Positions 38,645 to 48,481 of a DNA stretch of 64,000 nucleotides are shown in pieces. A model generated the notes under the pieces. The model worked only from the letters and a program-made list of their open reading frames with translations. It was not told the origin of the DNA and ran no database searches. The DNA is from Candidatus Latescibacterota bacterium (GTDB lineage Bacteria; Latescibacterota; UBA2968; UBA8231). Position 1 is the first letter of the stretch, and each line of letters opens with the position of its first letter. The DNA is taken from NCBI GenBank assembly GCA_965215195.1, contig CBDCDC010000002.1:4448001-4512000 (forward strand), read 5' to 3'. The translations under genes were made by a program, and so were the position numbers.

Positions 38645-39922
38645 ATGACGACTTCTCAGCCATCCATGCGACGCGCAGCGAAGAATCCTTATCTTCATAT
38701 TTTTCAGCTACTTATCCTTCTTGCCTTCCCGCCCGTGCAAGGTGCGAGTGCTTCCTCGAAGCCCTCCTTCCATCTAGAAGGCTACGGCGAACTGCTCTAT
38801 TCCCACTTCGATTTCGGCCCGGATCAGAAAAGCGGTCCTAATGGTTCCCCCCCGGACAGCCGCGCCACCATGGACATCACCCGCCTCGCGCTCGAACTAA
38901 AAGTTGAGTTGCTCAAAGATACGGAGCTGGAAGCCGAGGTGGAATTTGAGCACGGCGGGGCTGGTGCCGCGCTGGAATTGGAATTTGAGGAATTCGGCGA
39001 GTTTGAGCAGGAAATCGAAAAAGGCGGCGAAGTCATCGTCGAGGAGCTGGCCGTTGAGCGGACATTCAGCGATGCCTTCCGCATCCGCTTGGGGCATTTC
39101 TACGTGGCCGTGGGCCACTTGAGCGATCATTTCCATCCGGCCGATTTCTTTGGCACTCGGCGCTCGGAAGCCGAGACTTCCATCATCCCGGCCCTCTGGC
39201 ACGAGACCGGCGTGGAGGTCTCCGGGGCCTACCGGCGCTGGCACTACCAGCTACAGCTAGTCAATGGCTTGGACGCGACCGGTTTTAGCTCGCAAAACTG
39301 GATTGTCGGCGGCCAGCAAAAGCGCTTTGAGACGATTCAGGCGACCAACATGGCTTGGGTCGCCCGCTTCGATTATCAGTTCGCGCCGCAATGTGCATTG
39401 GGTATTGCTGGCTATCGCGGCGACAGTGCCGACAACCGCCCCAAACCCGATATGGCAGGAATTGACGCGCACGTCTCCATCGTCGATGTACACGGCAGCT
39501 TGGAGTGGGGGCGGGTCCGCATGCGCGGGTTGTACCTCTATGGGCATCTGCAAAATGCCGCCCTCGTCAGCGCCCGCAACCGCACCTTATCGAACAATCT
39601 CGATGTCTTGCGCTCGCCCGTGGCCCAAGCGGCGTACGCGGCCTTCGCCGAGATCGGCTACGACGTCCTGCCTTGGCTGGCGGCTTCCTCGCCCAACCGC
39701 TTGGACCTGTTCATCCGCTTGGACGCGTACGACAGCATGGCCGCGGTCCCGGACCAGACTTTTGACAATCCGCGCTTTGCGCGCCGGGTCTATACCTTGG
39801 GCGCGAACTACAACATGGAGGAAACCGTGGTGCTCAAGGCCGATTGCGCCATGCGGCGACTGGGTGCCGCCCGCTTTAACCCTGAAAACACCCTGAGCTT
39901 AGGGCTGGGGTTTCAGTTCTAA
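38645..39922 (+). CDS. Outer-membrane beta-barrel/porin associated with imelysin iron uptake
   Basis: Signal peptide, acidic EVEFEHGG..ELEFEEFGEFEQEIEKGGEV, PALWHETG and terminal LGLGFQF. Confidence 0.8.
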   Translation: MTTSQPSMRRAAKNPYLHIFQLLILLAFPPVQGASASSKPSFHLEGYGELLYSHFDFGPDQKSGPNGSPPDSRATMDITRLALELKVELLKDTELEAEVEFEHGGAGAALELEFEEFGEFEQEIEKGGEVIVEELAVERTFSDAFRIRLGHFYVAVGHLSDHFHPADFFGTRRSEAETSIIPALWHETGVEVSGAYRRWHYQLQLVNGLDATGFSSQNWIVGGQQKRFETIQATNMAWVARFDYQFAPQCALGIAGYRGDSADNRPKPDMAGIDAHVSIVDVHGSLEWGRVRMRGLYLYGHLQNAALVSARNRTLSNNLDVLRSPVAQAAYAAFAEIGYDVLPWLAASSPNRLDLFIRLDAYDSMAAVPDQTFDNPRFARRVYTLGANYNMEETVVLKADCAMRRLGAARFNPENTLSLGLGFQF

Positions 39923-39923
39923 G

Positions 39924-40069
39924 AAGTGGTCTGAAAATTCCGCGAACCGTCCCTTGTGTGCAGCAATCTAGGAGCGAGGGCGTCTCGCCCTCGACAAACG
40001 CGCCCTCCGAGGGCCGCTGGGTCCGCCGGGGGTTTGTCACGCCTAAAGGCGCGGTGAAGCAGACCGCTT
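39924..40069. mobile_element. MITE-like element carrying nested repeats
   Basis: Imperfect TIRs AAGTGGTCTG and CAGACCGCTT. Contains a REP-like palindrome (39971-39993), CCGCTGGGTCC (shared with the 8927 MITE) and the 26-bp repeat. Confidence 0.55.
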
Positions 40070-40157
40070 ATAAAAAAAGAGCCATTCACTGGGAAATCGG
40101 GCCCGGGCGGAAGTCGCCCGTGCGCTGGATTTCAATTCCGACGAAGGAGCTACTCTT

Positions 40158-41216
40158 ATGAAAGCCATGTTCTTGCCCTTGGGGATCGGACTGCTGGTGG
40201 CCGGCTGCGGCGACGACAGCGACGCGCCCACCGGGCCGGCCGCGGCCGAGTTCGACTTTGCGCCCATCTTGAGCAACTTCACCGACCAAGTAGTAATTGC
40301 CACGTACGCGGACTTAGACGAGCGGGCCGGCGAACTGCTCGCCGCGGTCGAGGCCCTGCGCGGCGATCCTACGGCCGAAAACCTCGGTGCGGCCCGGGAC
40401 GCTTGGGTGGCCACGCGCATCCCTTGGGAAGCCAGCGAGGGGTTTCTCTTTGGGCCGGTGGACTTCAACGGCTACGATCCATCGCTCGACAGTTGGCCGG
40501 TCAACCGCACGGACTTGGACGGGGTATTGGCCAGCGACAACGACTTGACGACCGCGTACGTGGGCGGGCTGGACGGGACCCTCAAGGGTTTCCACACCAT
40601 CGAGTACCTGCTCTTTGACGAAGGAGGCAGCAAGACCGCGGCCGATTTCACCGAGCGCGAGTTCGCCTATCTGATCGCCACGACCCAAGATCTGCGGGCC
40701 ACGGCCACGGCCCTGCACAACAGCTGGATACCTAGCGGCGGCAACTTTGGACAAAAGGTCCGCGACGCCGGAAATGGCAGCGACGCGTATCCGTCCGCCC
40801 AGTCGGCAGTCCAGGAAATGGTCAACGGCATGATCGGCATCTGCGACGAGGTGGCCAACGGCAAAATCGCCGACCCCTTTGTCGAGGAAGATCCCCGCCT
40901 CGTCGAATCCCAATTCAGCTTCAATTCTATCGCCGACTTCCAGAACAATATCCGCAGCGTCCAGCACGTCTACACCGGCGACTACGCGGGCACCGGAGAG
41001 GGCTTGGACGAATTCATCCGCCGAGCCGACGCCGACCTCGATCAGCGGCTCAAACGGGAAATCGAGACGGCCATCGACGAGATCGGCCGCATCCAGCAGC
41101 CCTTCCGCGACGCCATTGTCTCAGATCGGGAGCAAATCGAAACGGCGCAGGCGGCCGTGGCCAAAGTCCAGCAAACCTTGGAGGAAAATATCCTGCCACT
41201 GGTTTTAGGTAACTAA
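40158..41216 (+). CDS. Imelysin/IrpA-like (peptidase M75) iron-regulated lipoprotein
   Basis: Lipobox LVAGC, WEASEGFLFGP, LDSWP and KGFHTIEYLLF (HxxE). Confidence 0.92.
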   Translation: MKAMFLPLGIGLLVAGCGDDSDAPTGPAAAEFDFAPILSNFTDQVVIATYADLDERAGELLAAVEALRGDPTAENLGAARDAWVATRIPWEASEGFLFGPVDFNGYDPSLDSWPVNRTDLDGVLASDNDLTTAYVGGLDGTLKGFHTIEYLLFDEGGSKTAADFTEREFAYLIATTQDLRATATALHNSWIPSGGNFGQKVRDAGNGSDAYPSAQSAVQEMVNGMIGICDEVANGKIADPFVEEDPRLVESQFSFNSIADFQNNIRSVQHVYTGDYAGTGEGLDEFIRRADADLDQRLKREIETAIDEIGRIQQPFRDAIVSDREQIETAQAAVAKVQQTLEENILPLVLGN

Positions 41217-41240
41217 GTGATGGTACGCACGATAGGGTAT

Positions 41241-41274
41241 CCGCTGTTGGGTCGCCGCGAAGACCCAACAGCGG
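41241..41274. repeat. Intergenic perfect hairpin (REP-like or mRNA stabiliser)
   Basis: 13-bp stem CCGCTGTTGGGTC/GACCCAACAGCGG with no U-tract. Confidence 0.6.
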
Positions 41275-41348
41275 TTGAGCACCTCATCCCATCTGCGGAT
41301 CGGGTCATTCCCCGGGCGACCGATAGGTAATTAAACTCGTCTCTCACA

Positions 41349-42737
41349 ATGATCATTACCCGTACCTCCATACTCTTGGTGCTCCTAACTACGCTCGTCC
41401 AGTGCGGCGACGACCGTGGGTTAGGACCGACTCCCGCGGAGGACGAGCGCGCCCTATCCGGCGGGGCGGCGACGGTCTTTGACGCCAGCAGTCTGGCGTT
41501 TGAAAACCCCATCCCCTCTTTGGACGGAATGGAAATGGACCGCTTTTTGGCCGGGGACGCAGCCTTTGAACAGGTCTTTGTCACCGCGCCGGCCGAAGTG
41601 GGGCATGGCCTAGGGCCGGTTTTCAATCAAACCTCGTGCGCGGGCTGTCACGCCCGCGATGGCCGGGGGCGCGAAGGGTTTGGCGCTACCGCCCCTTTTG
41701 TCGGCTCCATGCTCATGCGGGTCAGCTTGCCCGGCACCAACCCGGCCGTGCCGGGGGGACCGCAGCCGGTGCCGGGCTTTGGCGAACAGCTTGGGGATCG
41801 CGCCGTTTTTGGGGTCGCACCTGAAGCGCGGATCGACGTCACCTACTTTGAGGAGACCCGCCACTTTGCCGACGGCGCAGCGTACTCCCTGCGCTTTCCG
41901 GTTTACGATGTAGTGGACACCTATCAACCGCTTCCCGGGGATGCCCTGTTCTCGCCGCGCATGGCGCCGCCGGTTTTTGGCCGCGGCCTGCTCGAAGCCA
42001 TCCCGGCCGAGACCATTCTGGCACTAGCCGACCCGGGCGACCGCAATGGCGACGGCATATCCGGTCGCCCCAATCGAGTGTACAACTTCCGCACGCAACA
42101 GACTGAATTGGGCCGCTTTGGCCTCAAGGCCAACAATCCCGACTTGTTGCAGCAGGTCGCCGGGGCTTACCAACAGGACATGGGCATCACCAGCCCCTAT
42201 TTCCCCGAGGAATCTACGGCCGGCCAGCCGCAAATGGACGGCCAGCGGGACGACCCGGAAATCGGCCAAGAGACCCTAGATATCAACACCTTTTACGTGC
42301 AAACGCTAGCGGTGCCGGCCCGTCGCAACCTCGACGATCCGCAGGTTTTGCGCGGCCAAGAGGTCTTTGCTGCGGCCCAGTGCTCGGGGTGCCACATCCC
42401 CACCTTGCGGACGGGCCATCACGACGTTGCGGCCCTAGCCGACCAGACCATTCATCCCTACACGGATCTGCTGTTGCACGATATGGGGGAAGAGTTGGCC
42501 GACGACCGTCCCGACTTTGCGGCCAATGGCCGCGAATGGCGCACGCCGCCGCTGTGGGGCATTGGCCTGACGGCAACGGTCAATGGCATTCCAGCGTATC
42601 TGCACGATGGACGGGCGCGCACCCTGATGGAAGCCATCATGTTCCACGGCGGCGAGGCGGAAACAGCGCGGGAATTGGTGCGCCAACTCAATCGGAGCGA
42701 TCGGGACGCGCTCGTGGCCTTTTTGCAGTCGCTGTGA
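41349..42737 (+). CDS. Di-haem oxidoreductase (DHOR) family lipoprotein
   Basis: Two CxxCH motifs (SCAGCH, QCSGCH), GLGPVFN, DLLLHDMG, WRTPPLWG and YLHDGRAR. Confidence 0.93.
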   Translation: MIITRTSILLVLLTTLVQCGDDRGLGPTPAEDERALSGGAATVFDASSLAFENPIPSLDGMEMDRFLAGDAAFEQVFVTAPAEVGHGLGPVFNQTSCAGCHARDGRGREGFGATAPFVGSMLMRVSLPGTNPAVPGGPQPVPGFGEQLGDRAVFGVAPEARIDVTYFEETRHFADGAAYSLRFPVYDVVDTYQPLPGDALFSPRMAPPVFGRGLLEAIPAETILALADPGDRNGDGISGRPNRVYNFRTQQTELGRFGLKANNPDLLQQVAGAYQQDMGITSPYFPEESTAGQPQMDGQRDDPEIGQETLDINTFYVQTLAVPARRNLDDPQVLRGQEVFAAAQCSGCHIPTLRTGHHDVAALADQTIHPYTDLLLHDMGEELADDRPDFAANGREWRTPPLWGIGLTATVNGIPAYLHDGRARTLMEAIMFHGGEAETARELVRQLNRSDRDALVAFLQSL

Positions 42738-42912
42738 TCGCGGCGTACAAGACGAACAGTACGACGTTAGCATAAAAAAATAAAAGAGGCTATTGGCTGC
42801 GCCTGCCAGCACTTCGCCAATAGCCCGTCGAGAACTCAGCGCCGATATGATCCGCACCGGTGTGCGCCGGCCCGGGCCTATCCGAGCTTTTTTGTCCTCT
42901 GTGAGGAACCTA

Positions 42913-45141
42913 ATGACTGACGCCCACGCCGTCAAAAAATCCGCAACGAAAAAAAATTGGCTCTGCAAATTACTGCTGAGCGGCATTTGCCTGACACCGC
43001 TTAGTCTAAGCGCCGCTCAGGTAGCGGGTATCATCGCGGACGCCGACTCCGCGTGGCCCCTCGCCCACGCCAACGTCGCAGTCTCCACCGGCGCGGCGGA
43101 TGCCATCACCGACTCGCTGGGGCGCTACGAACTGGAACTGCCGCCGGGCCGCTATCGGGTTGAGGTCCGCAGAATCGGCTACGGCCCCCAGAGCCGACAG
43201 ATAGAACTGCTCGCAGGACAAAACCTGCAACTCAATTTTGCGCTCAAAGTACAAGCCCTGCCCCAAGGGGCCACCCTGATCACGGCGACCGGCAGATCCA
43301 AGTCCGCAGCGGCTCTAACCGTGCCGGTGGCAATCATTCCCCGGGAAGCTATCGAACTGTCCAATGCGGAGAATGTCGCGGGCCTGCTCGAAGATGTGGC
43401 CGGACTCAACGTGCATTCCTCCCTGTACAGCTATCTCGGGTCTCCGTCCGGCGTCATGATCCAGGGCATCGATCCCAAGCGCATCTTGATCCTAGTTGAT
43501 GGCGAGCGAGTAATCGGCGGTCCGGGCGGGGTGATCGATCTGGACAAATTACCCGTCGGCCATGTCGAACGGATCGAAGTAGTGAAGGGGCCGCATTCCG
43601 CTCTGTACGGCAGCGAGGCCATGGGCGGAGTGGTCCACATCCTCACCCGCTCCCCGCAGGAGCGAAGCGGCGATGTCCGGTTTAGCTTGGGGTCCGGGGG
43701 CTTGACCGCGCTCGAAGGCCAAGCGGCCCTGACGCGCTCCGGCCTCTCCGCCTCCCTCACCGCCTCCAGAACGGCCCTCGCAGCCCTCGATCGCTCCCCA
43801 GCGGATCCCGACACCGACCTCGACGCCTACACCCAGCGCTTCACGCAAGGCAAACTGCGCTGGGAAGCGCGGCCCAACCTGTTGCTGCAAGGCTCGGCGC
43901 GCTGGCTCTCCCAAAACGAGGAGGGGGTTTCCAGCCAGTACTTCGTCCCGCTCGACAAAACCTACGTATGGCGCTATCCCGATCAGATGCAGCGGGTGGA
44001 CCTCGGCGCCGGTGCCGAGTGGCAGTGGGCCGAAGGAAGCACGGCCAATGCCGACGTCTTCCGCACCTATTTCGACAAGCTGAGCAGAGAGGAACTAATC
44101 GGCAGCCGCCAAGTGCGAGACCGGTCCACCGACAACGTGCTGACGAAGTACCAACTGCGCACCACCCACCTGTTGCGGCGTACGCACATCCTCACGGCCG
44201 GGTTGAAACACACGCGCGAAGAACTCGCAGTCGCGCTCGAACGCACCCTGCCCTTGGGCGAGCAACAGCACGCGGTGGAAGTGCCGCTGTCAAGCGTAGA
44301 TGTTGCGGAGGCATATATCCAAGACGATTGGCAGGTGGCGGGAAACACCGGCGTCGTGTGGGGTGCCCGCTATCAGTGGCACTCGCGCTACGGGTTCCAT
44401 CTGACGCCGAAAATCTCCTTTGCCCAGCGGCTTTCCGCGAGCTTGAGGGTGCGTGCTTCGTATGGCACTGGATACCGCGCCCCCTCCCTAAAGGAACTCC
44501 ACTTCATCTTTGACCACAGCAACTTAGGGTACAAGGTATTGGGCTCCCCCTCGCTGAAACCGGAACGGACCTATGGGCTGAACGCGGGCGCGGAGTTCGC
44601 GCCGCTGAAAGCGCTGGACCTGCGCGTCAATTACTTCCACAACCGCCTGCACAACCTCATCCAAACCGCGCTCGATCCTGAGCAGAGTTCCGGTTCGGTG
44701 GCGATCTATGCGTACGACAACGTGGGGCGCGCCACAACGCGCGGGATCGAGTGCGGCTTGAGTGCCCAGCTCGGCGACCGGCTCATGCTCAACGGCGGCT
44801 ATACCTATCTGCGCGCACGCGCTCAAGATGCCCAGCGCGATCTGCCGGGGCGACCGCGCCACGCCCTGCGCGTCCGGGCGAAGTGGACGACGCCCGGGAA
44901 GGGCCGCCTAGAGGTCAAGCTGCGCCGCGACAGCGCGGTGTGGGCCGATGCCGAAGCAACCCTGCGGTCGCCGGCCGGGAGCGAGTGGGACGTGAACGCG
45001 GAGCAGCCCCTGTGGGGTTCCAGCGCCTTGAGCTTGGGCATTGAAAATCTCCTCGACAACCGCAGAGACCTAAGTCGCCCCGGCGACCTGCGCTCCGTGA
45101 GAGGCCGAGCCGTGCGCGGCGGCCTGCGAGTGCAGTTGTGA
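42913..45141 (+). CDS. TonB-dependent receptor with an N-terminal carboxypeptidase-regulatory-like domain, probably haem
   Basis: ILILVDGERV, ERIEVVKGPHSALYGSEAMGGVV, GYRAPSLKEL and LKPE. Confidence 0.93.
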   Translation: MTDAHAVKKSATKKNWLCKLLLSGICLTPLSLSAAQVAGIIADADSAWPLAHANVAVSTGAADAITDSLGRYELELPPGRYRVEVRRIGYGPQSRQIELLAGQNLQLNFALKVQALPQGATLITATGRSKSAAALTVPVAIIPREAIELSNAENVAGLLEDVAGLNVHSSLYSYLGSPSGVMIQGIDPKRILILVDGERVIGGPGGVIDLDKLPVGHVERIEVVKGPHSALYGSEAMGGVVHILTRSPQERSGDVRFSLGSGGLTALEGQAALTRSGLSASLTASRTALAALDRSPADPDTDLDAYTQRFTQGKLRWEARPNLLLQGSARWLSQNEEGVSSQYFVPLDKTYVWRYPDQMQRVDLGAGAEWQWAEGSTANADVFRTYFDKLSREELIGSRQVRDRSTDNVLTKYQLRTTHLLRRTHILTAGLKHTREELAVALERTLPLGEQQHAVEVPLSSVDVAEAYIQDDWQVAGNTGVVWGARYQWHSRYGFHLTPKISFAQRLSASLRVRASYGTGYRAPSLKELHFIFDHSNLGYKVLGSPSLKPERTYGLNAGAEFAPLKALDLRVNYFHNRLHNLIQTALDPEQSSGSVAIYAYDNVGRATTRGIECGLSAQLGDRLMLNGGYTYLRARAQDAQRDLPGRPRHALRVRAKWTTPGKGRLEVKLRRDSAVWADAEATLRSPAGSEWDVNAEQPLWGSSALSLGIENLLDNRRDLSRPGDLRSVRGRAVRGGLRVQL

Positions 45142-45329
45142 GGCCGCGTGTGAAAGGAGCAGAGTTCCTCGTCGACCCCTTTGCGCCGGACGCCAGCTAC
45201 CTGCTGTGGAAAATGGAGAACGACCCGCGCATAGAGGGAAATCGCATGCCCATGTTCGCACTCCCCATGTTAGAAGAGGAGATTCAGCCAGTGCGGACGT
45301 GGATTAGCGAAGGCGCGTTTCCGCAATAA
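45138..45329 (+). pseudogene. C-terminal remnant of a planctomycete-type cytochrome c domain
   Basis: LVDPFAPDASYLLWK...RMP..LPMLEEEIQPVRTWISEGA; the N-terminal CxxCH is missing. Confidence 0.55.
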
Positions 45330-45368
45330 TCCGATTTCACCATTTGCTATCCCAAGGAGGGACACCTC

Positions 45369-46496
45369 ATGCAACGCATTCGCTTTACCGCCTTTATCAC
45401 GTTGCTGGCAGCGCTGAGCGCACCGGCCTTCGGCAAATCGACCACCCAGCTCGACAACGGCGATTTCCTCACGGTGATCGACGCCACCGCAGGCGGTGCT
45501 TTTACCACCGAACCCCGCGACTTTACCTACTTCAGCTTCGCACTGCAAGACGTGGTCGCGCTCACCGATGCCGAGGCAGTGCAATCGGCCGAGTGGCACA
45601 TCGCCTTCAAGCGCAGCGAGATCCGGCTCAACGGCGGCATCAGCGGCCCGGGCAACGTCAGGGGTTTTGATCTTATGGATGCCGAGGACGTCATCGCGGA
45701 AGAAGCCTTCGACGCGATCACCTCAACGGACGTTCCCGCGGCCGACGCCTTCATCGCCGACGGGCCGGCCTACGCCATTGGCGAGTGGTACTCGTACAAT
45801 TCGTCAGCGCACCGCATTGAGGCCTCCGGCCACGCCTACGAGTTGCGCACTGCCAACGGCCAGTTCGCCAAGTTCGTCGTTGATGCCATAGAAGGAGCCA
45901 GTCGCGCGGACGCCGGTCGCATCGCCTTCCGCTGGGTCGTGGCCGACGGCACGGATCTGACGGGTGCGGTGCGCAGCGCCACTGCGGACGTGAGCGAGGG
46001 TAAGGAGGTGTACTTCAACCTGACTGCGGGAGAGCAGGTCGCCCCGGCCGATTTAAGCACTTCCACGGACTGGGACCTGCACTTCTCCGGCTACGTCATC
46101 CGCCTCAACGGCGGCATCAGCGGCCCCGGCCAAGGCGGCGCATTCCCCGCCTATCAGACCGAGCAAACCTTCGAGGACATCGCCGAGGCCATGGGATTTG
46201 GATACTTCGCCGACAAATCGGGCTCGGCCTTCAGCAGCGACACCGGCGAGTGGTACAGCTACGACAGCACCACCCATTTCCTATCGACGCGGAATCACGT
46301 GTACGTCATCGACACCGGCGCGGGGTTCTACAAGATGCAGCTTCTCAGCTACTACCGGGAGGTCGAAGGCTCGCCGGTGTCGGGGTTCATCACCTTCCGC
46401 TGGCGTCCGCTCACAGACGAGCCGGGGACCGCAGTCCAATTTTTGAGTTGGGGCCAACTCAAGGCAAGGAAGTGGTCCGCAACCGGCGGCCACTAA
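45369..46496 (+). CDS. hmuY: Tandem HmuY-domain haemophore with a C-terminal SWGQLK motif
   Basis: WHIAFKR..IRLNGGISGPG and WDLHF..IRLNGGISGPG repeats; YKMQLLSYY..SGFITFRW. Confidence 0.85.
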   Translation: MQRIRFTAFITLLAALSAPAFGKSTTQLDNGDFLTVIDATAGGAFTTEPRDFTYFSFALQDVVALTDAEAVQSAEWHIAFKRSEIRLNGGISGPGNVRGFDLMDAEDVIAEEAFDAITSTDVPAADAFIADGPAYAIGEWYSYNSSAHRIEASGHAYELRTANGQFAKFVVDAIEGASRADAGRIAFRWVVADGTDLTGAVRSATADVSEGKEVYFNLTAGEQVAPADLSTSTDWDLHFSGYVIRLNGGISGPGQGGAFPAYQTEQTFEDIAEAMGFGYFADKSGSAFSSDTGEWYSYDSTTHFLSTRNHVYVIDTGAGFYKMQLLSYYREVEGSPVSGFITFRWRPLTDEPGTAVQFLSWGQLKARKWSATGGH

Positions 46497-46592
46497 CCAC
46501 TGACCACTAAAAAACCACAGGGAAAAAGTTTTTCCTAAAGCCCAGTTCGTCCTGCCCCAGCCGGACGACCATCTCAACTAAGAGGAGATAAC

Positions 46593-47633
46593 ATGACTAC
46601 CACAGCGCCAGCGAGCAGAGGCGACTGGAATACGTTCCGACGTGCCAATCCGAGGGTGCGCATCCGCGACGCAGCCGAGCAATTGGGCGTGAGTGAAGCT
46701 GAGTTAGTGGCCACTTCCTGCGGCGAAGGCGCGATCCGCCTACGGGCCGAGTGGCCGCAGTTCATCCAGCGCCTCGAAAGCCTCGGCCCGGTCATGGCCC
46801 TCACGCGCAACGCCCACGCAGTACACGAAAAACGCGGCGCGTTCCGCGATGTCCACTTTCACGGCCAAATGGGATTGGTCCTCGATGAAGGCATTGATCT
46901 ACGCCTGTTCATGAACCACTGGCATCTCGGCTTTGCCGTGGAGCAGGAAGGCCGCAAAACCTCTCTGCGCGGCTTCCAGTTTTTCGACCGCCACGGCACC
47001 GCAGTCCACAAAGTGTACTTGACCGCCGCGAGCGACCAGATGGCCTACCAGCAGCTAATCGACGAATTCGCCAGCGACGATCAGTCGCCCGTGCAGTGCG
47101 TCTGTCCGACCATGCCCCCAGTGCCGGACCAAGCAGACGCCGCCATTGACGTAGCCGGGCTGGAAGCGGCTTGGAATGCCCTCGAAGACGCGCACGACTT
47201 TCACCGGCTCCTCGCCCAATTCCACGTCGGGCGCGTTCAGGCCCTGCGCTTGGTCGACGACTCGCTGGCCTGCCGCGTCGCCCCATCCAGCCTGAGCGAG
47301 GTGCTGCATATCGCGGCCCGGGACCAGTTGGCCATCATGGTTTTCGTCGCCAGTCCCGGAGTGATCCAGATCCATTCGGGACTGATCCACACCGTCAAAC
47401 CGACCGGCCCTTGGCTCAACGTCCTCGACGACGACTTCAACCTACACATCAGAGAGGACCGCGTGGACTCAGCTTGGGTCGTGCAAAAACCAACCCGCGA
47501 GGGCGCGGTCCTCAGTCTGGAGTTGTACGATAGCGAGGGCGAAACCATTGCCCTGCTCTTTGCCCGGCGCAAGCAAGGCCGAGCTACCGTAGAAGCCTAT
47601 AATGCCGCGCTGGCGGTGCTCAAGCGAGTATAA
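46593..47633 (+). CDS. hmuS: Haem-degrading factor HmuS/ChuS
   Basis: RIRDAAEQLGVSEAEL, VMALTRNAHAVHEK, IDLRLF and AVHKVYL; duplicated domain. Confidence 0.95.
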   Translation: MTTTAPASRGDWNTFRRANPRVRIRDAAEQLGVSEAELVATSCGEGAIRLRAEWPQFIQRLESLGPVMALTRNAHAVHEKRGAFRDVHFHGQMGLVLDEGIDLRLFMNHWHLGFAVEQEGRKTSLRGFQFFDRHGTAVHKVYLTAASDQMAYQQLIDEFASDDQSPVQCVCPTMPPVPDQADAAIDVAGLEAAWNALEDAHDFHRLLAQFHVGRVQALRLVDDSLACRVAPSSLSEVLHIAARDQLAIMVFVASPGVIQIHSGLIHTVKPTGPWLNVLDDDFNLHIREDRVDSAWVVQKPTREGAVLSLELYDSEGETIALLFARRKQGRATVEAYNAALAVLKRV

Positions 47634-47638
47634 TCACC

Positions 47639-48481
47639 ATGAAATGGATACTATGCTTAGGACTAATGACCGCCCTGTTGGGATCAACATGCGACGCCGC
47701 GGCCATGCGCATCGTCACCCTCGGCGGGACCATCACCGAGATCGTCTTCGCCTTGGGCGCCGGCGAGCGCGTAGTGGGCGTGGATGCCTCCAGTTCCTTT
47801 CCCGAGGCAGCAAACCAGTTGCCCAAGGTCGCCTATCACCGCCGCCTCTCGGCCGAGGGCGTACTCTCTCTGAGACCAACGCTCATTATCGCTACCACCG
47901 AAGCCGGCCCTCCCGCAGCCATTCAACAGCTCGGGGAGGCCGGAGTAACAGTACTCGTCCTGCCCCACGAACCTACGGTAGAGGGGGCCAGCGCCAAGAT
48001 CGAACGCATCGCCGCCGCGTTGGGAGTCCAAGCGCGCGGTGCGGCGCTGATGCAAAACCTCAAAGAGGAACTGAGTCAGGTACAATCCTCCATTCCACAA
48101 ACAGCGGCCCAAGCCAAAATTCTCTTTCTCTACGCCCGCGGCCAAGGCACGCTGATGGTCGCCGGCCAAGGCACCGCCGCCGATACCATGATCGGCCTAG
48201 CCGGCGGCACCAACGCCGTCCAAGGCTATAGCGGATACAAGCCGCTCACCTCCGAAGCGGCCGTCGCCGCCGCACCCGATGTCATTCTGCTCATGGACAA
48301 TGGCTTGGAGAGCATCGGCGGTGCCCAGAGGCTCTGGCAATTACCGGGGCTTGCGCTGACGCCAGCGGGTCAGCAAGGTCGAGTCCTGTCGATGGATGGG
48401 CTTTTCTTGTTGGGATTTGGCCCCCGTCTGGGCCAAGCGGTGCTGGCGTTGAACCGAGCTTTGTACGACGCGGAAAAATGA
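47639..48481 (+). CDS. hmuT: Haem ABC transporter substrate-binding protein
   Basis: RIVTLGGTITEIVFALG, YHRRLSAEG (Tyr haem ligand) and GFGPR. Confidence 0.93.
   Translation: MKWILCLGLMTALLGSTCDAAAMRIVTLGGTITEIVFALGAGERVVGVDASSSFPEAANQLPKVAYHRRLSAEGVLSLRPTLIIATTEAGPPAAIQQLGEAGVTVLVLPHEPTVEGASAKIERIAAALGVQARGAALMQNLKEELSQVQSSIPQTAAQAKILFLYARGQGTLMVAGQGTAADTMIGLAGGTNAVQGYSGYKPLTSEAAVAAAPDVILLMDNGLESIGGAQRLWQLPGLALTPAGQQGRVLSMDGLFLLGFGPRLGQAVLALNRALYDAEK

Noticed and set aside
42738-42912. Cobalamin riboswitch upstream of the TonB receptor
   Set aside because: Only a GGCTATTGGC/GCCAATAGCC hairpin is seen; no B12-box consensus is recognisable and downstream genes indicate haem.
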